Below are positions 47,543 to 58,008 of a stretch of DNA of 64,000 nucleotides, piece by piece (within the stretch, counting starts at the first letter, position 1; each line of letters opens with the position of its first letter). The stretch is from Clostridia bacterium (lineage in GTDB: Bacteria > Bacillota > Clostridia > RGIG7378): assembly GCA_045588325.1 (NCBI GenBank), contig JAZNEA010000102.1, positions 1,348 through 65,347 on the forward strand, written 5' to 3'. Below the pieces are notes generated by a model. It did no database searches. It worked only from the letters and a program-made list of their open reading frames with translations, and was not told the origin of the DNA. The translations under genes and the position numbers were made by a program.

Positions 47543-48855
47543 TCTGTGATCATCTGCTGGATAATATCCAGGCTGTTTTGGGCGATGAGCTGGTATCTCT
47601 CCATCTTGGACTGCCTGCGCACCTTAGGGAACCGCTCCGTATCCACAATGCCAAAGTTGGCCTTCATGGGCTGAAAATCCTTGCCAGCATATGCCGAAGA
47701 ATGATTGGCCAGGGCGCCTATTACCGTGCAAGCAGGGAATATCACAGACTCCTGTCCCAAAACCTCTCTGGCTGCATTTATGCCTGCCACAAGGCCCGAG
47801 GATGTGGACTCTATGTAGCCCTCAACGCCTGTTATCTGTCCTGCGAAATATATTCTCCTGTGAGATTTTAATCTATATGTAGGCTCCAACTTGCCTGGAG
47901 ACTTGATGAATGTGTTGCGGTGCATTACGCCATATCTGAGATAAACAGCATCCTTAAGTCCGGGGATCATGCCAAACACCCTCTTCTGCTCAGGCCACTT
48001 TAAATTAGTCTGAAAGCCCACCAGATTATACATGGTGCCGGCCTTATTCTCTTTGCGGAGCTGTACGCAGGCATAGTCCTCACGGCCTGTCCTGGGGTTG
48101 GTCAGTCCCACTGGCTTAAGAGGGCCAAACACCATGGTCTCCTCACCTCTCTTTGCCAATGCCTCGATGGGCATACATCCCTCAAAATGAATCACATTCT
48201 CAAATGAATGCAGCTCTACCTGCTCTGCTGTCAACAGTGCATTGCGGAACTCAGTATACTGCTCCTTATTCATGGGGCAGTTAAGATAGTCACCGTCTCC
48301 CTTGCCGTACCTGTCGGCACAATAGACTATATCCATGTCTATTGAGTCGGCATCCACAATCGGAGCAGCGGCGTCATAGAAATATAGCGAATCGTCGCCA
48401 ATCAGCCCCTTGATACAATCTGGCAGTCCGCCCATGGTAAGAGGTCCTGTGGCAATTATCCACACGGAGTCGTCATCAGGTATGGAATCTACCATCTGAT
48501 TGATCACTGTAATATTAGGATTATTCTTAATGGCATCTGTTACGTACTCTGTGAACTTGTGCCTGTCCACAGCCAGAGCTCCTCCAGCAGGGACCGATGT
48601 AGCATCCGCTGCCTGCATGATGAGAGAGTCCAGCCTGCGCATCTCATGCTTTAATAAACCTGAGGCGTTCTCAATATTGTCTGCCCTCAGGGAATTGCTG
48701 CACACCAGCTCAGCAAAGGACTCCATGTGATGGGCTGGAGACATTGCTACAGGCTTGCACTCATATAGGTTGACCTGGATACCTCTCTTAGCCACCTGAT
48801 ATGCCGCCTCACAGCCTGCAAGGCCAGCTCCTATTATGTTAATCCTCTGACTCAT
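47539..48855 (-). CDS. trmFO: Methylenetetrahydrofolate--tRNA-(uracil54-C5)-methyltransferase TrmFO
   Basis: 438 aa with a GidA-like FAD-binding N-terminus (INIIGAGLAGCEAA). The length and the position downstream of topA match TrmFO (Gid). Confidence 0.9.
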   Translation of the reverse strand: MSQRINIIGAGLAGCEAAYQVAKRGIQVNLYECKPVAMSPAHHMESFAELVCSNSLRADNIENASGLLKHEMRRLDSLIMQAADATSVPAGGALAVDRHKFTEYVTDAIKNNPNITVINQMVDSIPDDDSVWIIATGPLTMGGLPDCIKGLIGDDSLYFYDAAAPIVDADSIDMDIVYCADRYGKGDGDYLNCPMNKEQYTEFRNALLTAEQVELHSFENVIHFEGCMPIEALAKRGEETMVFGPLKPVGLTNPRTGREDYACVQLRKENKAGTMYNLVGFQTNLKWPEQKRVFGMIPGLKDAVYLRYGVMHRNTFIKSPGKLEPTYRLKSHRRIYFAGQITGVEGYIESTSSGLVAGINAAREVLGQESVIFPACTVIGALANHSSAYAGKDFQPMKANFGIVDTERFPKVRRQSKMERYQLIAQNSLDIIQQMITE

Positions 48856-50959
48856 CGCTGACCTCTTTCGCAGAATCCTTGGCTCTGGTGGAACACTGGG
48901 GATTGCCGCACTTAATCATCCTGCGGCGCTTAAAAAAGCTGGTTACCATAAAGCTACCACATGTGGTGCATGTCTTGTTTGCCAGAACTGTGCCCCACTC
49001 CATATAGTCACATTGTGGTCCTTTCTCGCATACCAGATACTTTTTGCCTTTGGCTGTGGTGCGCTCCAAAACAGCGCCTCCGCACTTTGGGCACCTAACA
49101 CCTGCCTCTACTCTGAGGGGCTTGGAATTCTTACACTTGGGATAGCCAGGGCATGCCAGGAACTTTCCGTTCCTGCCTGTCTTTACCACCATGTTGCGTC
49201 CGCACTTTTCGCACACAACATCGCTGACCTCCTCCTTAATCTCCACCTTGGCCGTCTGTGTCTGGGCCTTATCCAGAGCCACGGCAAAGGGCGAATAGAA
49301 GTTCCTTAGGAGTTCCTTCCAGTTTGACTGGCCCTCTGAAATAGAGTCCAGCATGTTCTCCATATCTGCTGTAAAGCCCTTGTCCACAATATCTGTAAAG
49401 TTGGCCAACATAAAATCGTTGACAACAGAGCCTAATTCGGTGGGAACCAAGTACTTCTTATCGCGCTCTACGTATGTCCTGGATACGATTGTAGCAATAG
49501 TGGGAGCATAGGTGCTGGGACGACCAATACCCTCCTCCTCCATGGCCTTGATCAAAGTGGCCTCAGTGTACCTCTGTGGGGGCTGTGTAAAGTTCTGCTT
49601 GTCCTCCAGTTTGTTAAGAGCCAGCTTGTCACCCACCTCCAACCTGGGCAACTTGACGCCATCGTCGTCATCCTCCTTGGCATCATCGGTAGTCTCCTCG
49701 TACAGAGCCAAATATCCCTGGAATGTAACCTTAGATCCAGACGCCTTAAACGTCTGTCCATTACAATCAATATCTACCTGCATAGTGTCATACACAGCTG
49801 AGGCCATGAGGCTGGCCAGGAACCTGTCCCAGATAAGCTTATACAGCTTGTACTGCTCTGATGTAAGGGAGTCCTTGATGTCCTCGGGGCGCAACTCCAG
49901 GTGAGAAGGTCTGATGGCCTCGTGGGCATTCTGGCTGCCAGACTTGTTCTTATAAAATCTGTCCTTGGCGGGCAGATACTCCTTGCCGTATGTCCTGAGG
50001 ATAATCTCCTTGCCTGCCGCCCTTGCCTCGTCTGCTATTCTGGTGGAGTCCGTTCTGATATATGTGACCAATCCTGTGGAACCCAGTCCCTTAACATCCA
50101 CGCCCTCATAGAGTTGCTGTGCAATCTGCATGGTGCGACCACTGGTAAATCCATACTTGCGGGAGGCATCCTGTTGGAGCACGCTGGTTGTGAATGGTGG
50201 AGCTGGATTGCGTGTCTTGCTACCCTTTTTGACGCCGGTAACGCTAAACTCACGGCCCTGAATGGCGGCCAGCACCTTGTCGACTGCCTCTCTGTTAGGC
50301 AACGCCTTCTTACGTCCCTGCTCTCCGTAGTACTTGGCATCAAATGCCATCTTATCTCCTGCCTTGGAGAGGTTGGCAATAATTGTCCAGAACTCCTTAG
50401 GCACAAAGGATGTAATCTCGTTCTCTCTATCGCAAATCATGCGGACAGCCACAGACTGCACTCTGCCTGCTGATAACCCCTTCTGAACCTTGTTCCACAA
50501 TATGGGGCTGATCTTGTATCCAACAATCCTGTCCAATATACGCCTGGTCTGCTGGGCATCTACCAAATTCATATCAATAGCCCTGGGTGCCTTAAGTGCA
50601 GCTCCAACAGCATTGCCAGTAATCTCGTTAAACGTGATGCGGCACTGCGATGCAGGGTCAATTCCCAAAATAGTTGCTGTATGCCATGCAATAGCCTCTC
50701 CCTCGCGATCAGGGTCCGATGCGATAAACACCTGCTTAGCCTTGGCTGCCTGCTTCTTAAGGTTGGATATAACATCTGCCTTGCCGGTGATGTTAACATA
50801 TCTTGGCTTAAAATCCCTCTCCAGGTCCACTCCCAACTGATTGGTAGGCAGATCCCTGATATGGCCTACTGTCGCCTCCACGTCAAAAGAACCATCAAGA
50901 AACTTCTTGATAGTCTTAACCTTGGTAGGTGACTCTACAATTATCAAACAATCGGACAT
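48839..50959 (-). CDS. topA: DNA topoisomerase I
   Basis: 706 aa. The Toprim domain is followed by the catalytic Tyr region. The C-terminus has several C4 zinc-ribbon motifs (CEKCGRNM…CPKCGG…CTTCGS…). Confidence 0.95.
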   Translation of the reverse strand: MSDCLIIVESPTKVKTIKKFLDGSFDVEATVGHIRDLPTNQLGVDLERDFKPRYVNITGKADVISNLKKQAAKAKQVFIASDPDREGEAIAWHTATILGIDPASQCRITFNEITGNAVGAALKAPRAIDMNLVDAQQTRRILDRIVGYKISPILWNKVQKGLSAGRVQSVAVRMICDRENEITSFVPKEFWTIIANLSKAGDKMAFDAKYYGEQGRKKALPNREAVDKVLAAIQGREFSVTGVKKGSKTRNPAPPFTTSVLQQDASRKYGFTSGRTMQIAQQLYEGVDVKGLGSTGLVTYIRTDSTRIADEARAAGKEIILRTYGKEYLPAKDRFYKNKSGSQNAHEAIRPSHLELRPEDIKDSLTSEQYKLYKLIWDRFLASLMASAVYDTMQVDIDCNGQTFKASGSKVTFQGYLALYEETTDDAKEDDDDGVKLPRLEVGDKLALNKLEDKQNFTQPPQRYTEATLIKAMEEEGIGRPSTYAPTIATIVSRTYVERDKKYLVPTELGSVVNDFMLANFTDIVDKGFTADMENMLDSISEGQSNWKELLRNFYSPFAVALDKAQTQTAKVEIKEEVSDVVCEKCGRNMVVKTGRNGKFLACPGYPKCKNSKPLRVEAGVRCPKCGGAVLERTTAKGKKYLVCEKGPQCDYMEWGTVLANKTCTTCGSFMVTSFFKRRRMIKCGNPQCSTRAKDSAKEVSDESED

Positions 50960-51019
50960 ACGTTCTTACTCCTTCACACGAAAAAGTATATAGCACACTT
51001 TGGTTGAGCAGGCAACCTC

Positions 51020-52105
51020 TTAACATGATTTGCCCACAAACCAACCAGGGGTAACCTCGATGGCCTCACCAAAAAGTGTCAAAAATGTGAGAGACTGGGC
51101 AATAGTGCCGGCATCCATGTCAAACCTGAGGCTTAGCTGTTCCACCGTACAGGGAGTTGACTGTATCTCAGCCAGGAGTCTTTTGTCAAGATTACTCAGT
51201 TCAATCCCCTGGCTGGTAAAGCCATCATGTTTTTTTGCAAATACCCCCAATCCGCTGTCAATCATAAAATCATCATAGGATGTATATACGTGGGCTCCCT
51301 GCTGCAACATCTTGTTTGTCCCCTGACTTCTGAGAGAAGTGATATTGCCTGGCACCGCATATATTTCTCTGCCCAGATCATTCATATAGTCCACGGTGGA
51401 AAAGCATCCGCTCCTGTTACCTGCCTCCACAACCACCAGGACCGTACCCAGAGCAGCTATAATTCTGTTTCGCAGTATAAAATCTGCTTTATATATGGGT
51501 TTTCCCGGTGGAACCTCGGTGAGGACACATCCTCCCGCATCCAATATTGGACCGATCAATCTCCTGTTGTCAGCAGGATACGGCTTGTCTATATTGCCAG
51601 CCACCACTGCAACAGTACGGCCACCTGCCTCTGCTGTGCTCCTATGGATCAGCCCATCCACGCCCTCTGCCAGTCCACTGACTGTAGTTATTCCGCATTT
51701 GCCGCTCCTGCGGCCTATTTCCTCTGCCACTGTCATGCCATAGTGACTGCATGCCCTGGATCCTATTATAGAAATACGCCTTTCTTTAGCCTGCAGCTTA
51801 CCTTTGTAAAACAGTATTGGAGGTGGATTTTGCATATCATACAGCGATTTAGGGTACTCATCCTCACCAATTGCGCACATACTAATCCCCTCTTTTTCTA
51901 TTATTGCCAAGGCCTTATCCACATACTGTTCAACCTTGCCCTGTAGTAACGCCTCCCTGCCTGCCTTGCCAATGATACGGGATGACCTGATTTCACCCTC
52001 AGACAGGCACCTGATGTTCTCGTAAGAGTCGTACATTCTGACCAGCTTAGCCAGTCCTGCCGAACCAAGCTCAGGTATCATCAGGCAGTATATTATGTCG
52101 TACAT
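51020..52105 (-). CDS. dprA: DNA processing protein DprA (Smf)
   Basis: DprA Rossmann-like domain (…IIGSRACSHYG…). The start was trimmed to MYDIIY. The position between comM and topA fits. Confidence 0.85.
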   Translation of the reverse strand: MYDIIYCLMIPELGSAGLAKLVRMYDSYENIRCLSEGEIRSSRIIGKAGREALLQGKVEQYVDKALAIIEKEGISMCAIGEDEYPKSLYDMQNPPPILFYKGKLQAKERRISIIGSRACSHYGMTVAEEIGRRSGKCGITTVSGLAEGVDGLIHRSTAEAGGRTVAVVAGNIDKPYPADNRRLIGPILDAGGCVLTEVPPGKPIYKADFILRNRIIAALGTVLVVVEAGNRSGCFSTVDYMNDLGREIYAVPGNITSLRSQGTNKMLQQGAHVYTSYDDFMIDSGLGVFAKKHDGFTSQGIELSNLDKRLLAEIQSTPCTVEQLSLRFDMDAGTIAQSLTFLTLFGEAIEVTPGWFVGKSC

Positions 52106-52109
52106 TTTG

Positions 52110-53621
52110 CTATCCATTGATACTGATCCCCCTATAAGATAAGGCCCCCAGTATGTGAGCTGCGCCAATGTTCCCCTTGCCATCCAGGTCGGCCAACGTT
52201 CTGGCCACCCTCAGCATGCGAAAATACGCCCTGTTGCTAAAACCATATTTAGACACCGCCATGTCGTATAGCTTTCCCGTCTCCATATCCAGCTTGCAAT
52301 ACTCATTTACCTCTCCAGGGGTCATCTGCGAATTGTAGCGCTCCCCGTTGCCAAATCTGTGGGCCTGAATTTCACAGGCCTGCAACACTCTCTGCCTCAT
52401 GGTCTCGGAGTTTATTGCGGTGTTGTCGCGCATACATTCAGGTGGCTGATTAGTCATTTTGACGTGCAGATCCACCCTGTCCATAAGAGGGCCTGACAGC
52501 TTGGTGATGTAACTGTTCCTCTCCTTTCCCGAACACTTACACATGTTGGGATCATCCAGCAGCTTGCCGCACTTGCAGGGATTCGCCGCCAGCACACACA
52601 GGAATCCTGCAGGAAAAACGACTCTGGTATTCTGCCGCAACAAGTTAACTGTCCTCTGCTCCAGAGGCTCCCTCAGAGTGTCCAGGCATTCAGGGGACAT
52701 CTGTGTAGCCTCGTCCACAAACAGTATGCCGTTGTGGGCCAGAGATATTGCGCCTGGAGTCGGTATCCTGCCTCCACCTGTCATGGCAAATTTGGTGGTA
52801 TTTGGGGAAACCTTAATCACAGGTCGTTGCCTGATCCATCCACCTTCCTGTCCCAGCTTACCTGCTGCGCTATAAATCCCGGTGGTCTCAAACATCTCCT
52901 TTTCTGTCATTGGCGGCATAATTGTAGGTAGCCTCTCTGCCACCATGGTCTTGCCGCATCCAGGACTGCCAATCAGCAGCGTGTGATGCCTGCCTGCAGC
53001 TGCCACCATCATGGCATTCTTTGCCTCCTGATTGCCATATATTTCGCCATAATCCAGTTGACAACTGCCCTCCTGCATCTCTCCTGTACCATGCTGCATC
53101 TCTGTCTCCACACCATTTATGATGCAATCCAATGCCTGGGCAAAACTATCCGCATAATGCACCCTCTCATTTTTCATGAGCCATGTCTCCCTTGCATTCT
53201 CCGCAGGTATGATGATGTGCTTGTCAGTCTCTCTCAGGCAATAATCCACCATGCTGATGGCATTGCGACATGGCTTTATCCTGCCGTCCAATGACAATTC
53301 GCCCACCAACACATATCCATCCAGCTTGTCCTCGGCCAGGTCGTACATATGGGCGTAGATACCCACCGCCAATGCCAGATCAATTGCAGAACAGTTTTTG
53401 GGCATATCCGCCGGTGCCAGATTCACGGTAATGTGATTCTTAGGAAAACTGTAATTGCCGTTTTTCAGGGATATTCTGACCCTCTTGGCGGCCTCTCTTT
53501 CGTAACTCCCAGCACCTCCCAGCACGTCAAAATCCGGCAAACCGTTGCGCACGTCCACCTCAGCATGAATGAGAAACGGTCGCATGCCGTAGCACCCACA
53601 GGAATAGACTCTCTTAATCAT
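52110..53621 (-). CDS. YifB/ComM family Mg-chelatase-like AAA+ ATPase
   Basis: N-terminal ChlI-like domain, Walker A GSPGCGKT, Walker B ILFVDE. The start was trimmed to MIKRVYS. Confidence 0.85.
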   Translation of the reverse strand: MIKRVYSCGCYGMRPFLIHAEVDVRNGLPDFDVLGGAGSYEREAAKRVRISLKNGNYSFPKNHITVNLAPADMPKNCSAIDLALAVGIYAHMYDLAEDKLDGYVLVGELSLDGRIKPCRNAISMVDYCLRETDKHIIIPAENARETWLMKNERVHYADSFAQALDCIINGVETEMQHGTGEMQEGSCQLDYGEIYGNQEAKNAMMVAAAGRHHTLLIGSPGCGKTMVAERLPTIMPPMTEKEMFETTGIYSAAGKLGQEGGWIRQRPVIKVSPNTTKFAMTGGGRIPTPGAISLAHNGILFVDEATQMSPECLDTLREPLEQRTVNLLRQNTRVVFPAGFLCVLAANPCKCGKLLDDPNMCKCSGKERNSYITKLSGPLMDRVDLHVKMTNQPPECMRDNTAINSETMRQRVLQACEIQAHRFGNGERYNSQMTPGEVNEYCKLDMETGKLYDMAVSKYGFSNRAYFRMLRVARTLADLDGKGNIGAAHILGALSYRGISING

Positions 53622-53649
53622 AAAAAAACCTCCCAAAACTCTTGGGAGG
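53622..53649 (-). terminator. Hairpin + U7 abutting the comM start codon (truA terminator / SD-sequestering structure)
   Basis: On the minus strand: CCTCCCAAGAG-TTTTGGGAGG, then TTTTTTT, then ATG. The GGAGG in the 3' arm is the only SD-like sequence for comM. Confidence 0.55.
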
Positions 53650-53787
53650 ATTATATGACTATTCTATTGATTATTTTTTGGCCCAACGCCCCGAAAGTCT
53701 GCATTTTCAATGGTTTGAGGTCATTATTGCACTATTTTTTGCCCTCAGTTTGGCTGTAGAATGCTGTCGTTTTCGTTAAGTTGTTGT

Positions 53788-54525
53788 CTATTGGTAGTCC
53801 ACCTGCCACAGGCACAAACCTCTTGCAGGAGCCTTATGTCCCTTGATGTTCCAGGTTCTGTCAGACAGTGCCTGCAGGATGTCACCTTTGGATACACTGC
53901 CCTGGACGCAAGCTACCGAAACTCCCACAATATTTCTGACCATATTGTGCAAGAACCCATCACCTGTGACGAACACTTTCACCAGATGGCCATCCTGTTC
54001 TACTCGGACGCCTGATATGGTTCTTATTGTGTTCTTGTTGGCAGATCTTGTGGCAAATGCATTAAAGTCATAGGTGCCTACGAACATATTCAGAACATCC
54101 CTGAGTGCAGCCACGTTGACTACGTCTCCAAAGCATACTGCCATGTCACTATACAACCCCGGATTGCTGGGATGATTCCATATCTGATAGCAATATGTCT
54201 TGGATCTGGCATGGATTCTGGCGTTAAACCTGTCTGAGGCCTGGCTAATCTCCATCACAGAGATAGTTTTGGGCAGCCTGCCATTGACCCCTGGCAAAAA
54301 ATCATCCAGGTCCAACTTTCCCTCCGACTTAAAGCTACACACCTGGGCTCTCGCATGCACTCCCGCATCCGTCCTGCCCGAAGCTGTTATCTCCACCGCC
54401 TCCCCAATATGCTGGGAGACGGCATTTTCAAGAATCTCCTGAATTGTCTTATGGTTATCCTTGAGCCTCTGCCATCCGTCAAAATCTCCACCATTGTATG
54501 AAACTGTCAGTCTGTAAATACTCAT
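53788..54525 (-). CDS. truA: tRNA pseudouridine(38-40) synthase TruA
   Basis: 245 aa. The catalytic Asp lies in ASGRTDAGVHA. Confidence 0.9.
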   Translation of the reverse strand: MSIYRLTVSYNGGDFDGWQRLKDNHKTIQEILENAVSQHIGEAVEITASGRTDAGVHARAQVCSFKSEGKLDLDDFLPGVNGRLPKTISVMEISQASDRFNARIHARSKTYCYQIWNHPSNPGLYSDMAVCFGDVVNVAALRDVLNMFVGTYDFNAFATRSANKNTIRTISGVRVEQDGHLVKVFVTGDGFLHNMVRNIVGVSVACVQGSVSKGDILQALSDRTWNIKGHKAPARGLCLWQVDYQ

Positions 54526-54528
54526 ATA

Positions 54529-55608
54529 CTATCTGGCACAACCATTTATAATGGACACAATCTGCTCGATGGTGTCATTTTTAGCGAACTTTCTCATGGC
54601 CTCGATATGCTGTGGCCTGCTATTATACAGCTCCATTACCGCATTATACAGAACCTCCGGGCCTGTAATATCTGACTCTCTCAGCATCTGGCTATAACCC
54701 TTGGATACAAACTCCTCTGCATTAAGCACCTGGTCTCCTCTGGAACCAACCTCCAGTGGAATCAGGAGGGATGGCAAGCCTACTGACAAATATTCAAAAA
54801 TGGCATTTGCGCCGGATCTGGAAACTGCAATATTGGCTGCCTTTAGCACATGAGGCATCTCCTCGTTGATGTACTCAAACTGCGCATATCCTGCAGTTCC
54901 CTGGAGGGTCTGGTCAATATTGCCCTTACCACAACCATGGGCCACACAAAAGTCCTTGAGCAGCATTGGCAGTGCATCCCTGACGGCCTTATTCAGTCTC
55001 TGGGATCCCTGGCTGCCACCCAGCACTAGCAGAACTGGCTTGGAACCATCGAATCCAAAATACTGGTATCCCATCCTGGCATCACCAGCCAATAACTCCC
55101 TGCGCACAGGGCTGCCCACATATACTGCCTTATCCGCTGGCAAATACTTAAGTGTGGACTCAAATGCCGTCAGAACCTTAGGCGCGAATTTGGCAGAAAT
55201 CTTGTTTGCCAGTCCGGGGGTGTAGTCTGACTCGTGACATATACAAGGTATCTTGAGCACCTTTGCAGCAATAACCACAGGCACAGCCACAAAACCACCC
55301 TTAGAGAAAATCACGTTGGGCCTGAGCCTACGCAAAAGTCCCAGAGCCTGGAATATGCCTGCCACTACCCTGAACATGTCTGTAAAGTTTTTGAGGTCAA
55401 AATACCTGCGTACCTTTCCCGACGAAATGGGATAATATGGTATCCCCTGTGACTCTATCAGACCACGCTCAATGCCAGCCTTAGACCCAATATATTTGAC
55501 ATCATATCCCTGCTCTCTGAGTGAGGGGACTAAAGCAAGGTTGGGGGTCACGTGTCCTGCCGTGCCCCCACCTGTTAATACTATTAATTTTGTTGACTTA
55601 TTATCCAT
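54529..55608 (-). CDS. murG: UDP-N-acetylglucosamine--N-acetylmuramyl-(pentapeptide) pyrophosphoryl-undecaprenol N-acetylglucosamine transferase
   Basis: 359 aa GT28 family with an N-terminal G-loop (TGGGTAGHVTP). It lies outside the dcw cluster. Confidence 0.9.
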   Translation of the reverse strand: MDNKSTKLIVLTGGGTAGHVTPNLALVPSLREQGYDVKYIGSKAGIERGLIESQGIPYYPISSGKVRRYFDLKNFTDMFRVVAGIFQALGLLRRLRPNVIFSKGGFVAVPVVIAAKVLKIPCICHESDYTPGLANKISAKFAPKVLTAFESTLKYLPADKAVYVGSPVRRELLAGDARMGYQYFGFDGSKPVLLVLGGSQGSQRLNKAVRDALPMLLKDFCVAHGCGKGNIDQTLQGTAGYAQFEYINEEMPHVLKAANIAVSRSGANAIFEYLSVGLPSLLIPLEVGSRGDQVLNAEEFVSKGYSQMLRESDITGPEVLYNAVMELYNSRPQHIEAMRKFAKNDTIEQIVSIINGCAR

Positions 55609-55612
55609 CTTG

Positions 55613-57997
55613 TTATCTCAGTTTGTATCCATCCAATTGCATATATGCAATGAGGCCTGCCTGATATTCGTCAATCTCCTGACCAGACAGTGTATGGTCG
55701 CTGCTGCCAATTGTCACATTGAATGTAAGACTCTTGTAGCCCTCGTCAATGCCCTGGCCTCTGTAGAGGCTGACAAACTGCAACTCCTTAAACAGTGGTG
55801 ACTCAAAGGCTGCAATCCTGTCTGCAACTGTCTTAAACTCTGCGCCATTTGGCACCACAAAGTTAAAGTCCAGCTTAACCTCAGGATAACGGGCTGCCTC
55901 CTTATAGGATGCCACAACTGCCTGCAATTTGGACAGTGTTGTCACATTGAGTTCCAGAACTGCACATGCAGATCTGCGGGAAATCTTCTGCTTAAGTGAG
56001 GGATGCAATACTGTGATATAACCCAAAGTCTGTCCCTCGTACTTAACAACAGCACACTTTACAGGGTGCAACCAGTTATATCCCAGCTCTGTATCCTTAA
56101 CATACTCCAGGGTAATGTTCTTAAAGTTCCACATCATGGTATCTGTCAGGCCCTTGAGCTTGTAGAACAGCTGATCCTCACTAAGTGTTGTGGAGCACAT
56201 CGCAACGGACAAAACTCTGTTTTCGATGGACTTGTTATCCTGTCCCAGAGTCATTGTGCTGCCAATCTCGTAAATGCTGAAGCTATCTGTGTGCTTTACG
56301 TTAGTTGCAACTGCATAAAGCATAGAAGGTGCCATAACCTCACGAATGGTGCCGTGCTCAGGGCTGCTGGGCTTTAGCAAATGGATGCTGCCATGGGGCT
56401 GCAGACCGTAGCTGTTGTTTAAGTTATCGTCATACCATACGTAGCTATTGACCTCATACATGCCATATCCGTCTGTCAGCATGGTCTTAATGCTGTTCTC
56501 CAAAACGGAAACCTCGTTAACCACGCCGGGCATAACAGATGCCTTGAGGGGCTCAGGCTGAATATTGTCGTAGCCGTATACTCTGGTAATCTCCTCGATA
56601 ATGTCCACCTTGATAGTAACGTCCTTAGTGGAACGGAAACTGGGAACATCTACTGTGATGGTATCTCCCTCCAAAACCACTCCAAAATCAAGGGCTGTCA
56701 ATGTCTTAACAACCATATTCATGTCGATGGTCATGCCGGTATATCTCTCGATATATGCCTTGTCCAATACGAGCTGAACAGGCTTAAGCGGGCTGACATT
56801 CACATCTGACAAGTCAGAAACGATGGTGGTGCCTGGGTCCTCCTGCATTGCCAAATACAGAACTCTCTTGATAGCTGTTATGGCATACTCAGGATCCAGA
56901 CTCTTCTCGTATCTGGCGCTGGCATCTGTTCTGAGACCCAGTTTGATAGATGCTCTGCGGATTGAACCGCCGTTAAAGCTGGCAGACTCCAACAAAATCG
57001 CCTCTGTCTCCTCTGTTACCTCAGACTCTGCTCCACCCTTAATACCTGCAATGGCAGTGGGCTTGTCACCGTCACAGATAAACAGTGTACCTGCCGGAAC
57101 TGTCCTGGGTGCATCATCCAATGTGACGAACTCCACATCCTTGTCAAAGGACTGTACACAAATCTCGCTGACTGTATTGCGATCAAAGGCGTGCATGGGC
57201 TGACCCAAATCCATCATTACATAGTTGGTCAGGTCTACCAATGCATTGATAGCTCTCATGCCACAGTAGTAGAGTCTGACTCTCATCCAAACGGGAGAAA
57301 CCTTGGCACGGAAATTGCCAAATGCAATGCATGAATATCTGTAACACTTGTCGGGATCCTTAATGGAAACAGGCACCTTGGGTAGCGCGGACAAATCCTG
57401 GGATTCCAAGTCATAGAGGGGCATGGGTCTCAGAGGCTTGCCCAAAATAGCTGCAATCTCTCTGGCAATTCCGTAGTGACCCCACAGGTCAGGACGGTTT
57501 GTCAGTGACTTGTTGTCCACTTCAACAATTGTGTCGTCCAGAGGCAACAGCTCATGAACATCTGTACCAACTACAGTATCCTCAGGGAATTCCATAAGGC
57601 CACTGTGATCGTCGGAGATGCCCAACTCCTTCTCTGAGCACATCATGCCGTAGCTGGTGACGCCAACAAGACTGGCCTCTCCAATAGCATCAATGCCCGG
57701 GAGCTTTGCTCCTATGGTTGCAAGGGGTACAATCATACCGGGACGAACGTTGGGTGCACCACACACGATCTGAACTGTCTCGTCTCCCTTGTCTACCTGG
57801 CAAATATGGAGCTTAGTTGACTTAGGATGCTCCTCTACAGTCAAAACCTTGGCTGCCACAACGCCTGCAATATCTGCGCCCTTGGTCTCATAACCCTCGA
57901 CCTCGGCTGTTGTCATTGTAAATCTATGAACCAACCAGGCCACGTCTACGCCGGTCAAGTCCACATAATCGTTAATCCAATTTAATGAAATATACAT
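55613..57997 (-). CDS. pheT: Phenylalanine--tRNA ligase beta subunit
   Basis: 794 aa with tRNA-binding, B3/B4, B5 and FDX-ACB domains. Confidence 0.95.
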   Translation of the reverse strand: MYISLNWINDYVDLTGVDVAWLVHRFTMTTAEVEGYETKGADIAGVVAAKVLTVEEHPKSTKLHICQVDKGDETVQIVCGAPNVRPGMIVPLATIGAKLPGIDAIGEASLVGVTSYGMMCSEKELGISDDHSGLMEFPEDTVVGTDVHELLPLDDTIVEVDNKSLTNRPDLWGHYGIAREIAAILGKPLRPMPLYDLESQDLSALPKVPVSIKDPDKCYRYSCIAFGNFRAKVSPVWMRVRLYYCGMRAINALVDLTNYVMMDLGQPMHAFDRNTVSEICVQSFDKDVEFVTLDDAPRTVPAGTLFICDGDKPTAIAGIKGGAESEVTEETEAILLESASFNGGSIRRASIKLGLRTDASARYEKSLDPEYAITAIKRVLYLAMQEDPGTTIVSDLSDVNVSPLKPVQLVLDKAYIERYTGMTIDMNMVVKTLTALDFGVVLEGDTITVDVPSFRSTKDVTIKVDIIEEITRVYGYDNIQPEPLKASVMPGVVNEVSVLENSIKTMLTDGYGMYEVNSYVWYDDNLNNSYGLQPHGSIHLLKPSSPEHGTIREVMAPSMLYAVATNVKHTDSFSIYEIGSTMTLGQDNKSIENRVLSVAMCSTTLSEDQLFYKLKGLTDTMMWNFKNITLEYVKDTELGYNWLHPVKCAVVKYEGQTLGYITVLHPSLKQKISRRSACAVLELNVTTLSKLQAVVASYKEAARYPEVKLDFNFVVPNGAEFKTVADRIAAFESPLFKELQFVSLYRGQGIDEGYKSLTFNVTIGSSDHTLSGQEIDEYQAGLIAYMQLDGYKLR

Positions 57998-58008
57998 GTC
58001 TGCCTCCC

